Source: an uncultured delta proteobacterium (GTDB lineage: Bacteria; Desulfobacterota; Binatia; UBA9968). Taken from it: a DNA stretch of 64,000 nt. Below, one piece after another: positions 50,001 to 58,185 of the stretch. Within the stretch, counting starts at the first letter, position 1, and the number at the start of each line of letters is the position of its first letter. The translations under genes were made by a program, and so were the position numbers. The DNA lies in the NCBI GenBank assembly GCA_963760795.1, contig CAVXEP010000017.1, positions 12,686-76,685 of the forward strand. Direction: 5' to 3'. Under the pieces are notes generated by a model. It ran no database searches. It saw only the letters and a list, made by a program, of their open reading frames with translations, and was not told the origin of the DNA.

Positions 50001-51269
50001 CTAGCCTCGCACCGTGCATTTCCCCGCCGCGATATGCGCTTCGAACTCGTCGCGGTACTTTCTGATAAACGCTCCCGCCGGCATCGCCGCGGCATCGCCA
50101 AACGGACAAATCGTATTGCCGGCGATGTTGCCGGCAATGTTGAGAATCAGATCTAAATCGTTCTTTTGTGCGCCGCCATGTTCGACGCGGTAAAAAATCT
50201 TTTCCATCCAGTGGCAGCCTTCGCGGCAGGGACTGCATTGGCCGCAGGATTCATGGGCGTAAAAGCGCGCGATGTTCCATGCCGCCCGCACCATGCAGAC
50301 AGTCTCGTCCATGACGATGACGCCGCCGGAACCGAGCAGACTGCCGGCCGCCGCCACCGATTCGTAATCGAGATTTACTTTTTCGATCTCATCGGGCTTC
50401 AACACCGGCATCGAGGCGCCGCCGGGGATGACGCCTTTTAATTTCTTGCCGTTGGGCACGCCGCCGCAGTCCTCTTCGAGAAATTTCTTGAACGGGTAGC
50501 CCATCTCGACTTCGTAGACCCCCGGCCGGACGATATGGCCGCTGACGCTGAACAGCTTCGTCCCCTTGCTTTTCTCCGTACCCATGGCCGAGTATGCCGC
50601 GGCGCCGCGCTCGAGAATCCATGGCAAAGCGGCTAACGTTTCGACGTTGTTCACCACCGTCGGACAGCCGAACAGGCCGTGAGTAGCCGGGAATGGCGGT
50701 TTGACTTTCGGCCAGCCGCGGCCGCCTTCAAGAGAAGACAGCAAGGCGGTCTCTTCGCCGCAGATATAAGCCCCCGCGCCACGGTGCACGATGACATCCA
50801 AGTCGTAGCCGGTACCAAAGATATTTTTACCGATCAAACCGGCTTGGTACGCTTCGGCGACCGCCTGCTCCAACCTGGTCGTGCCAAACACCATCTCGCC
50901 ACGAATGTAAATAAACGCCGTATGCGACTGAATCGCGAAGGCGGCGATCATCGTGCCCTCGATAAGCGCGTGGGGATCCTGCTCGATCAGCAAGCGGTCT
51001 TTAAAGGTTCCCGGTTCGCTCTCGTCGGCGTTGCAGACTAAATATTTCGGCTTGGGACTGTCCTTGGGAACGAAACTCCACTTCATGCCGGTGGGGAATC
51101 CTGCGCCGCCGCGGCCGCGCAGACCGGAAGCTTTGACTTCCTCGATCAGCTGTTCCGGCTTCAAGGTCTCGACGACCTTGCGCCAAGACCCGTAGCCGCC
51201 ACGGGACTGATAAGTTGCCAGCGTGTGCGAGCCCGGAACGCCGATATTGCGGAGGAGTAGCTTTTCCAT
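50001..51269 (-). CDS. nuoF: NADH-quinone oxidoreductase subunit F
   Basis: 422-aa ORF. Motifs: GRGGAGFPTGMKW, NADESEPGTFKDR, ESCGQCSPCREG. Confidence 0.93.
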   Translation of the reverse strand: MEKLLLRNIGVPGSHTLATYQSRGGYGSWRKVVETLKPEQLIEEVKASGLRGRGGAGFPTGMKWSFVPKDSPKPKYLVCNADESEPGTFKDRLLIEQDPHALIEGTMIAAFAIQSHTAFIYIRGEMVFGTTRLEQAVAEAYQAGLIGKNIFGTGYDLDVIVHRGAGAYICGEETALLSSLEGGRGWPKVKPPFPATHGLFGCPTVVNNVETLAALPWILERGAAAYSAMGTEKSKGTKLFSVSGHIVRPGVYEVEMGYPFKKFLEEDCGGVPNGKKLKGVIPGGASMPVLKPDEIEKVNLDYESVAAAGSLLGSGGVIVMDETVCMVRAAWNIARFYAHESCGQCSPCREGCHWMEKIFYRVEHGGAQKNDLDLILNIAGNIAGNTICPFGDAAAMPAGAFIRKYRDEFEAHIAAGKCTVRG

Positions 51270-51277
51270 GAATATTT

Positions 51278-51360
51278 AAGTCAAAATGCAAAATGAAGAA
51301 TGCAAAATGCTCCGGAATCTTTCATTTTCACTTTTGCATTCTGCATTATCATTTTGACTT
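51278..51360. repeat. AT-rich hairpin element with AATGCAAAATG-type units (nuoF/nuoE gap)
   Basis: aagtcaaaatgcaaaatgaagaatgcaaaatg - ctccggaatctt - tcattttcacttttgcattctgcattatcattttgactt. Confidence 0.7.
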
Positions 51361-51368
51361 GGGAACTT

Positions 51369-51842
51369 TCATTTCATTCCGTCGAGAATTTGCTCGATCT
51401 TCTCTTCGGTCAAGTCTTCATAATAGTCGTCGTTCACTTGCATCATCGGCGCGGTGCCGCAAGAGGCCAAACACTCCACTTCCGCCAGCGTGAACCTGCC
51501 ATCCGCGGTGGTCTGTCCGCATTCGATGCCAAGTTTCTTCTTGAGAAACGCCGTCACTTCCTCGGCGCCACGCAAGGCGCAGGAAAGCGTACGGCAAACC
51601 TGAATATGGTGGCGCCCGATCGGCTTCATGTTGTACATGCTGTAAAAACTCACCACGCCATAGACGCGCGCCGGCACCTGGCCCATCAGCTTGGCGACAT
51701 ATTCGATCGCCTCCGGCCCGAGATGGCCAAACTCGCGCTGAGCCAAATAAAGCACCGGCAGCATCGCCGCTTCCTTCTCCGGATAGCGCGCGATTGTCGC
51801 TTCAAAAGTTTTCAGCGTCTCAGGTGAAAATTCTAATGCCAT
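51369..51842 (-). CDS. nuoE: NADH-quinone oxidoreductase subunit E
   Basis: Track ORF 51369-51899 trimmed to ATG 51842 (MALEFSPETLK). 2Fe-2S motifs: CRTLSCALRG and ECLASCGTAP. Confidence 0.9.
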   Translation of the reverse strand: MALEFSPETLKTFEATIARYPEKEAAMLPVLYLAQREFGHLGPEAIEYVAKLMGQVPARVYGVVSFYSMYNMKPIGRHHIQVCRTLSCALRGAEEVTAFLKKKLGIECGQTTADGRFTLAEVECLASCGTAPMMQVNDDYYEDLTEEKIEQILDGMK

Positions 51843-51854
51843 GTTGTTACGGGC

Positions 51855-51938
51855 CGAGGATGGAAAATCGAGGATGGAAGATTGAACGAAAGACCTCAAA
51901 TCCTCGTATTTCCTCTATCCTCCATCCTCCCATCCTCG
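51855..51938. repeat. hairpin element with GAGGATGG units (nuoE/nuoD gap)
   Basis: cgaggatggaaaatcgaggatggaagattgaacg - loop - cctcaaatcctcgtatttcctctatcctccatcctcccatcctcg. Confidence 0.7.
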
Positions 51939-51949
51939 ACTATCCTAAT

Positions 51950-53140
51950 CTACCGATCACATTCCCCGCCGATCATATTAATCATGCCGAACGTCGGCAC
52001 GATATCCGCCACCATGTAACCTTTGATCATTTCGGCAAACGCGCCCATGGCGATGAAGCACGGCGGCCGCACGCGTAAGCGATAGGGCTTACCGCCGCCG
52101 TCGCTGACGATGTAAAAACCTAACTCGCCGTTGCCGCCTTCCACGGCGCTATAGGTCTCCCCCGCCGGCACCTGAACGCCTTCCATGATGATTTTGAAAT
52201 GATGCATCAAGCCTTCGATGCTGCCGTAAACTTTTTCTTTTTCCGGCAGGACGAATCGCGCATCGTCGATCCACACCGGACCGACAGGCAATTGCTGGAG
52301 CGCCTGCTCGACGATCTTCATGCTCTGCTGGATCTCACCGAGCCGGCACAGGAAGCGATCGTAGTTATCGCCGTGGCTGCCCACTGGGATTTCGAAGTCC
52401 AATTTATCGTAAACCAAATAGGGAAACGCCTTGCGGACATCGTAGTCGACGCCGGTGGCGCGCAGGATCGGTCCGGTGAGGCTGTGATCGAGTGCCGATT
52501 CCTTGGAGATCACCCCGACATTGGACATACGGTCGAGAAAGATTCGGTTGCGCGACAGCAAGCGGTCGCAATCGTCCAGCAGCTTGCGGATCGTTGTGAA
52601 AGCCGCCGTCACGTGTTCGGCGAAATCCTGGGGCAGGTCATGCTTGAGCCCGCCGATGCGCACATAGGTCACGGTCAGCCGGGCGCCGGTGAGATTTTCG
52701 ATGATGCGGGTGAGCAGCTCGCGGGCTTCGATCATATAGAAACCGACGGTGATCGCGCCCAACTCCGACGCGGCCATGCCGCAGCAGGTTAAATGATCGA
52801 AGAGCCGCGCCAGCTCGCTGATGATGACGCGAATATACTGGCAGCGCGGCGGCGTTTCCGCGCCGATCAGTTTCTCCACGGCCAGCGCGTAGCCGACGTT
52901 GTTGATCAACGACGAGGCATAATTGAGCCGGTCGGTGTAGGGAATGACTTGGGTCCAGGTCGCCTGTTCGCAGCTCTTGTCGAAGCCACGGTGAAGAAAA
53001 CCCAATTCGACATCGCAGTCGAGGACTTTTTCGCCTTCGAGCTTGAGATTGAACTTGATGGTGCCATGGGTCGCCGGATGGGACGGTCCCATCTGCAACT
53101 CCATGATCTCATGCGGCAGCTCTGGGTTATCGGCTTTCAT
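51950..53140 (-). CDS. nuoD: NADH-quinone oxidoreductase subunit D
   Basis: 396-aa ORF: MGPSHPATHGTIKF...GFLHRGFDK...C-terminal NMIGGECDR. Confidence 0.93.
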   Translation of the reverse strand: MKADNPELPHEIMELQMGPSHPATHGTIKFNLKLEGEKVLDCDVELGFLHRGFDKSCEQATWTQVIPYTDRLNYASSLINNVGYALAVEKLIGAETPPRCQYIRVIISELARLFDHLTCCGMAASELGAITVGFYMIEARELLTRIIENLTGARLTVTYVRIGGLKHDLPQDFAEHVTAAFTTIRKLLDDCDRLLSRNRIFLDRMSNVGVISKESALDHSLTGPILRATGVDYDVRKAFPYLVYDKLDFEIPVGSHGDNYDRFLCRLGEIQQSMKIVEQALQQLPVGPVWIDDARFVLPEKEKVYGSIEGLMHHFKIIMEGVQVPAGETYSAVEGGNGELGFYIVSDGGGKPYRLRVRPPCFIAMGAFAEMIKGYMVADIVPTFGMINMIGGECDR

Positions 53141-53161
53141 CGAGTTGTTCGGGCAGCGATG

Positions 53162-53725
53162 CTAGTTCTTTTTCGCCAAAGTTTTCTGCAAGCGCAGGAG
53201 CTTGTTACGGGACCGCTCGTCGACGAAAGTGCCGTCGACATGGCGTTCGGGCACGCGCGGCTGGCACTGGTTAACCGGATAGTCCTTGCGCAGCGGATGG
53301 CCGATGAATTCGTCGTAGAGCAAGATGCGCCGCAAATCTGGATGATCGCTAAAGCGAATGCCGTAGAGATCCCAAACTTCGCGCTCGAGATAGTTGGCGC
53401 CGCGCCACAGCGGCGTCAGCGAATCGACCACCGCGTCGCTTTCCGGCACACCGACGCGAACGCGCAGTCGGCGGCGCTGCTGGAGCGAGACCAACTGATA
53501 AACCACCTCGAAGCGTGGCTCCTGCTTTTGCCAATAATCGACCGCCGTGATGTCGGAAAGGAAATTGAAACTAAGCTCAGGATCTTCCTTGAGCAAGCGA
53601 AAGCTTTCTCTCAAACCGGCACGATCCAAAGCGACGACGTGGTCTCCCTGGGGTTCGGTCAGGCTGAGTACTTTGGCGCCAAGCCGATCTTGGATATGTT
53701 GAAGTTGGGGGCTCGCTTCAGCCAT
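53162..53725 (-). CDS. nuoC: NADH-quinone oxidoreductase subunit C
   Basis: 187-aa ORF: PRFEVVYQL...WRGANYLEREVWDLYGIRFSDHPDLRRIL. Its ATG lies 6 nt after the nuoA stop. Confidence 0.9.
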   Translation of the reverse strand: MAEASPQLQHIQDRLGAKVLSLTEPQGDHVVALDRAGLRESFRLLKEDPELSFNFLSDITAVDYWQKQEPRFEVVYQLVSLQQRRRLRVRVGVPESDAVVDSLTPLWRGANYLEREVWDLYGIRFSDHPDLRRILLYDEFIGHPLRKDYPVNQCQPRVPERHVDGTFVDERSRNKLLRLQKTLAKKN

Positions 53726-53731
53726 GAACGA

Positions 53732-54088
53732 TCAATCCCACTCAAGGGCGCCTTTTTTCCAGACATAAACATAACCGATGGCCAGGATGACCAGGAAGAT
53801 GCCCATCTGCACCAGACCGAAGACCCCCAACTGGCGAAAATAGATCGCCCAGGGATAAAGAAACACGATTTCCAGGTCGAAAATCAGAAACAACATGGCG
53901 ACCAGGTAGAATCGCACCGAGAAACGGATGCGCGCGTCGCCTTGGGGTGGATTGCCGGATTCGAAGGGTTCTGCTTTAGCGGCATTGCTCGATTTGGGGC
54001 CGAACAGCGAAGCAACCGTCAGCAAAGCGAGGACAATCACGCTCGCAACCGCGAACATCACCAGCAAGGGCAAATAAGGATGGTTCAT
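53732..54088 (-). CDS. nuoA: NADH-quinone oxidoreductase subunit A
   Basis: Track ORF 53732-54115 trimmed to ATG 54088 (MNHPYLPLLVMF). Motifs: PFESGN and FLIFDLEIVFLYPW. Confidence 0.9.
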   Translation of the reverse strand: MNHPYLPLLVMFAVASVIVLALLTVASLFGPKSSNAAKAEPFESGNPPQGDARIRFSVRFYLVAMLFLIFDLEIVFLYPWAIYFRQLGVFGLVQMGIFLVILAIGYVYVWKKGALEWD

Positions 54089-54103
54089 GTCATGAGTGCT
54101 ATT

Positions 54104-54140
54104 AAAAAAAACCATACCTTCCCGGACCGAAAAGGTATGG
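54104..54140 (-). terminator. terminator-like hairpin plus U8 tract in the nuoA leader (possible attenuator)
   Basis: Minus strand: ccatacctt - ttcggtccggg - aaggtatgg followed by tttttttt, ending 15 nt before the nuoA ATG. The U tract exists only on the minus strand. Confidence 0.45.
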
Positions 54141-54177
54141 ATTCTTGGGCGCGCTTTGATCCTTCAATCTATTGAAT

Positions 54178-54206
54178 TTTGTATTGGAAATGCGCGGAGT
54201 TGTCAA
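54178..54206 (-). promoter_or_regulatory. candidate sigma70-type promoter for the nuo operon
   Basis: Minus strand: TTGACA (54206-54201), 17 nt, then TACAAA (54183-54178). This is a sequence match only. Confidence 0.3.
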
Positions 54207-54339
54207 GGTAAAGTCGGTCTCTGGGGGTTCCCCACGCGTTGCATTTCACACTTGACGCGAAAACCATTGGCGATTGACGCTAGCCGAGATTCGATGTTAA
54301 TCATCACAACCTAATCGCGGTCCCGGCGGGAGGTTCTCG

Positions 54340-55350
54340 ATGGCGCAGAGTTTTTCGGCAAGAATTTGCTTCTGCCTTACTTGGGTGCTGTTCGCGAGCT
54401 CGCCAGCATGGGCGCAAGCGCTCATCGACGGCGCCAAGAAAGAAGGGCAAGTCGTCTTCTATGGCTCCATGGAAGCGGTATCTTCGCAACGCATCGTCGC
54501 CGGCTTCGAAAAAAAATACCCGTTTGTCAAAGTAGACGCCACGCGCATCGGCTCGGAACGGATGGCCACCCGGCTCGTCGCTGAAGCCCAAGCGCGCAAA
54601 GTCCGCGCCGATGTCGTCCAACAATCCGCTTTCGATTTCTACGGCGTGCTGCAAAAAGGCCTCTTTGAAAGCTACTTCTCACCGGAGCGGTCGGCGTTTC
54701 CGCCGGAGTATCGCGATGAAAAAGGTTTCTGGATGATGCCCGCCTCCACACTCAACGTGATCGCTTACAACAAGAAGATGGTGGCGGCGAACGACGTGCC
54801 GAAAAGCTTCTGGGATCTCACCGAGCCCCGTTGGAAGGGGCAGCTCTTAATGGACGACAACGAGAGTAAATGGATGGCCGGCATGATCCAGTATTATGGC
54901 GAAGCGAAGTCCATGGACTTGCTGCGCAAGCTCGCGGCTCAGGAAATTCAGTTTCGCACCGGCCACACTCTGCTGCAAACTTTAGTCGCCGCCGGCGAGC
55001 GCGCGGTGGTGGTGGTCGCTTTCGCCAACGGCGTCGATCGGCTAAAAAAAGAAAGCGCGCCGATCGAATGGATCAGCGCCGAACCGGTCATTGGTTTGAC
55101 CTTCGGCCTCGCGGTAGTCAAGGACGCGCCTCATCCCAACGCGGCGCGTTTGTTCAATGATTATCTGCTATCGCGCGAGGGCCAAGAAGTGATCGCCGCC
55201 GCCGGCTACCACGTGCCGCGCACCGACGTCGCTTCGCCTATTCTTAAAGACGCCGCGCCGAAAACTAAAGTCGTGCCGCTGCCAATGAGCTTGGCGCCGC
55301 GTTACAACGAATATTTCCAGACCTACCGCAAAGTCATGGGGCTAAAATAA
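54340..55350 (+). CDS. periplasmic solute-binding protein, SBP family 1 paralog
   Basis: 336-aa intact ORF. Signal FCLTWVLFASSPAWA. Motifs: EGQVVFYGS, EPRWKGQL, HPNAARLFNDYLLSREGQ. Confidence 0.78.
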   Translation: MAQSFSARICFCLTWVLFASSPAWAQALIDGAKKEGQVVFYGSMEAVSSQRIVAGFEKKYPFVKVDATRIGSERMATRLVAEAQARKVRADVVQQSAFDFYGVLQKGLFESYFSPERSAFPPEYRDEKGFWMMPASTLNVIAYNKKMVAANDVPKSFWDLTEPRWKGQLLMDDNESKWMAGMIQYYGEAKSMDLLRKLAAQEIQFRTGHTLLQTLVAAGERAVVVVAFANGVDRLKKESAPIEWISAEPVIGLTFGLAVVKDAPHPNAARLFNDYLLSREGQEVIAAAGYHVPRTDVASPILKDAAPKTKVVPLPMSLAPRYNEYFQTYRKVMGLK

Positions 55351-55388
55351 GGTGACTGCGTATCGAGATGTCATTTTAGGAGACCGAG

Positions 55389-56751
55389 ATGACCTACCAA
55401 TCTGAAAAAGGCAACTTCACCATCGCCCTCGCCGGCGACACCATGTTGACACGCAAGTTAACGCCCTTCACCGAAGAGCGTTTTCTCAAACTGCGCGAGA
55501 TCCTGCGCGGCGCCGACGCCCGCTTCGCCAATCTCGAAGGCACGGTGCACACCTGGGACGAAGGCACACCGGGGATCACCCAGGGCACGTTCATGACGAC
55601 GGACCCCAAGCTCCTCGATGACTTGCAATGGCTTGGCATCAATCTGGTCTCCTGCGCCAACAACCACGCCTTCGACTATGGCGAAGACGGCGTGCTCGCC
55701 AATCTCAAGCATCTCGACGCCGCCGGCATGGTTCACGCCGGCACGGGAAAAAATCTCGCCGAAGCGCGCGCCCCCGGTTATCTCGACACGCCCAATGGGC
55801 GCGTCGCCCTGGTCGCCGCCACCGCTACGTTTCAGACCCTGGAATCAAGCCGGCGAACAGCGGCCCGATTTGCGCGGCCGCCCAGGCATCAATCCGTTGG
55901 GATTCACCACCACCTACGGCGTCGACGCCGCGGCGTTCGAACAACTGAAACGGATTAGCCAAGGTCTCGGTTTTGAAAAGAGCAACGAGCGCGCCCGCAA
56001 ACATTTTTACAGCGACAAAGAAATCGGCGACGGGAAAGCCGCGGAGTTGAACCTGCTGGGCAATCGCTATGTCCCCGGCGAAGGTTTCGCCATCGCCACC
56101 GAAGCCAACCAGCGCGACCTGCAGGATAACTTACGCTGGATCCGCGAAGCGCGCCGCCAGGCCGACTGGCTCGTCGTCAGCGCTCATTGTCATGAATTTG
56201 GCGGCAGCAGTCTATTAACCGCAAGCACGCGGGCGGAGTTGGAAGAGACCGCCGATTTCGTCACCAAGTTCGCCCACCAGGCGATCGACGAAGGCGCCGA
56301 CATTTTCGTCGGCCATGGCTCGCACTTCCCGATGGGTGTGGAAATTTATAATGGCAAACCGATCTTTTACAGCGTCGGCAATTTCGTCTTTCAAAACGAA
56401 ACCGTCGGCTTCTTTCCCGCCGACGCCTACGAGCGCTTCGATCTCGACCTCAAGGCGACGCCGTCCGACTTCCTCGACGCCCGCACCAACGGCGGCAAAA
56501 AAGGCCACCCCAGCGATCCCGCCTACTGGGAAAACATGTTCCCGGTCTGCGAGTTCAGCAAGCAGAAATTGACCAGCATTAAGATCTACCCCATCGATCA
56601 AGGTTTCGGCCGCCCGCGCCCGCAACGCGGCCGCCCCGTGCTCGCCGAAGGCGAAGTGGCCAATCGGGTGATCGAGCGAGTCGTGCGCCTCTCGAAACGT
56701 TATGGGACGAAGGTTGTGAATCGTGCAGGCGTCGGCGTGATTGAACTGTAG
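55389..56751 (+). CDS. CapA-family (PGA_cap, metallophosphatase-like) protein, one frame break
   Basis: Track ORFs 55389-55958 and 55618-56751. Motifs: IALAGDTMLTR, RFANLEGT, SCANNHAFDYGEDG. They join as ...VAATATFQ / PWNQAGEQRPD. The shift lies near 55836-55842. Confidence 0.72.
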
Positions 56752-57009
56752 ACGTTGGCCTGGGACTAATCTCGGATTCAACAGTTGCACCGCAGAAACT
56801 GCTGCGCGACGCGATCCTCGAGTCGTGAAAACACCCAAGATCTGCAACTACTGAGTCGAATTCGCAGCGCCAGTCAATCCGTTAATCTCGCGGGCGATTT
56901 CGTGCGGCGTCAATCATCGCCAGCCACTTAGGGGCAGTCGCCATTGTCTTCACGATGGAAAGATTGAGTCTCGCTGTCACAAACAATTACCGCTGCGTCC
57001 TTGGGGTTC

Positions 57010-58077
57010 CTATTCGGCCATGATTTCCTTCACCCGTTTGACGACATCGGCGGGTTGACTGACGACGGCGATGATTTTTTTTTGCAGCTGGTCGCCGCTC
57101 ATGAAGGTCGTGCCGTCCCAGTCGAGCAGCTTTTTCGCCTCGGCGGTAAACTCGCTATCCTTCAACATCCGTTCGAAGCTGTCGCGCAGAATCTGCACCC
57201 GTTCCTTGGGCACGCTCGGCGGCGCCGCGAAGGGGCGGTCGAACTCGGTGTACGCGAGCATGACATTCATTAAATTGAGATAGGGTTTAGTCTCGGAGCG
57301 CGCGAGTTCCGCCAGCGTGGGTACCGGCGGCAATAACGGGCTTTTGTCCGGCCCTTGCTGAATGATAAAAGTGACATAGTTTTCTTTTACCCAACGATTC
57401 CACGGCGCGCGAATCACCGTGACATCGGAAGTCGCCCGGCAGTCTATCTCGCCCCGTTCCAAACCGAGATCGGTGTCGCGGCCGCTCTGAAATCCGGTGA
57501 CGTTTTTCAACTTGATATCGAGCAGCCGCTCCATCAAGTTGGCGAATATATAGCTGATGCTGCCGGTGCCCGATTGGCCGAAGCGCGGCGGAGTTTTCGC
57601 CGCGCGGATCGCCGCGATGTTTTTATATTCGGTGTCCGAACGGCAAGCCGCCATCATCGGCGCTTTGTTGAAGCTGCCGATCCAATTGAATTTTCGAAAG
57701 TCCGCCTTATTCTCGGGCCGGCCGATGATTTGCTCCATGTAGTTGGCCCGGCTCACCGCCAATATCGTCAAGCCATCCGGCTTGGCGACATTGTAGAGAT
57801 AGTTAGCCGCGATCAGCCCGCCGCCGCCCGACATGTTGCGCACCACCACGCCGGGATTTCCCGGCATATGTTTTCCCAGGAAGCGGCCCACCAAACGGGC
57901 ACCGAAATCGGTGGTGGCACCGGGTCCGCTCGCCACCAGCAATTGAATCGTTTTGCCCTCATAGAATTGTTCGGCTGAATGAACGTCACCGGCGCAGATC
58001 ATCAGCAGCGCTGTCCAAAACATCAATCTCAGCGGTAAATTCTTTATATCGGACGGGGAGAGCGAAGCGATACCCAT
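57010..58077 (-). CDS. Bug/TctC-family tripartite tricarboxylate transporter solute-binding protein
   Basis: Track ORF 57010-58152. YEGKTIQLLVASGPGATTDFGARLV...NMSGGGGLIAANYL is typical of TctC. The start is uncertain: 58077 lies inside a copy of the GAGCG.AGCGATACCCATC repeat, and the alternative is ATG 58023 (MFWTALLMICAG). Confidence 0.7.
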   Translation of the reverse strand: MGIASLSPSDIKNLPLRLMFWTALLMICAGDVHSAEQFYEGKTIQLLVASGPGATTDFGARLVGRFLGKHMPGNPGVVVRNMSGGGGLIAANYLYNVAKPDGLTILAVSRANYMEQIIGRPENKADFRKFNWIGSFNKAPMMAACRSDTEYKNIAAIRAAKTPPRFGQSGTGSISYIFANLMERLLDIKLKNVTGFQSGRDTDLGLERGEIDCRATSDVTVIRAPWNRWVKENYVTFIIQQGPDKSPLLPPVPTLAELARSETKPYLNLMNVMLAYTEFDRPFAAPPSVPKERVQILRDSFERMLKDSEFTAEAKKLLDWDGTTFMSGDQLQKKIIAVVSQPADVVKRVKEIMAE

Positions 58078-58185
58078 CGTCCGCTCAGCCACGCGTAAGT
58101 TTGTCCGCATAGGCAATGACAGAATCAATCTCCTCACGCATTCAATCGGCAATTTGAAATCTGAAATACGCCGCGTCCCGCGGCG

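Noticed and set aside
54230-54300. TTGACG...GTTAAT-like hexamers upstream of the SBP gene at 54340, considered as a + strand promoter.
   Set aside because: The -10 match is poor and the spacing is ambiguous (16-18 nt). Several TTGAC-like strings occur in the region, so there is not enough to support a call.
466-56751. Whether some of the ORF interruptions are selenocysteine (in-frame UGA) or other programmed recoding events.
   Set aside because: Every break except prfB requires a change of reading frame rather than read-through of an in-frame stop. None carries a slippery heptamer or an SD-plus-stop cassette. Indel error is the simpler explanation.
58023-58152. The long N-terminal extension of the TctC-like ORF (MPIECVRRLILSLPMRTNLRVAERT...).
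   Set aside because: The extension runs through a copy of the GAGCG.AGCGATACCCATC dispersed repeat and has no signal-peptide character. The real start is more likely 58077 or 58023.
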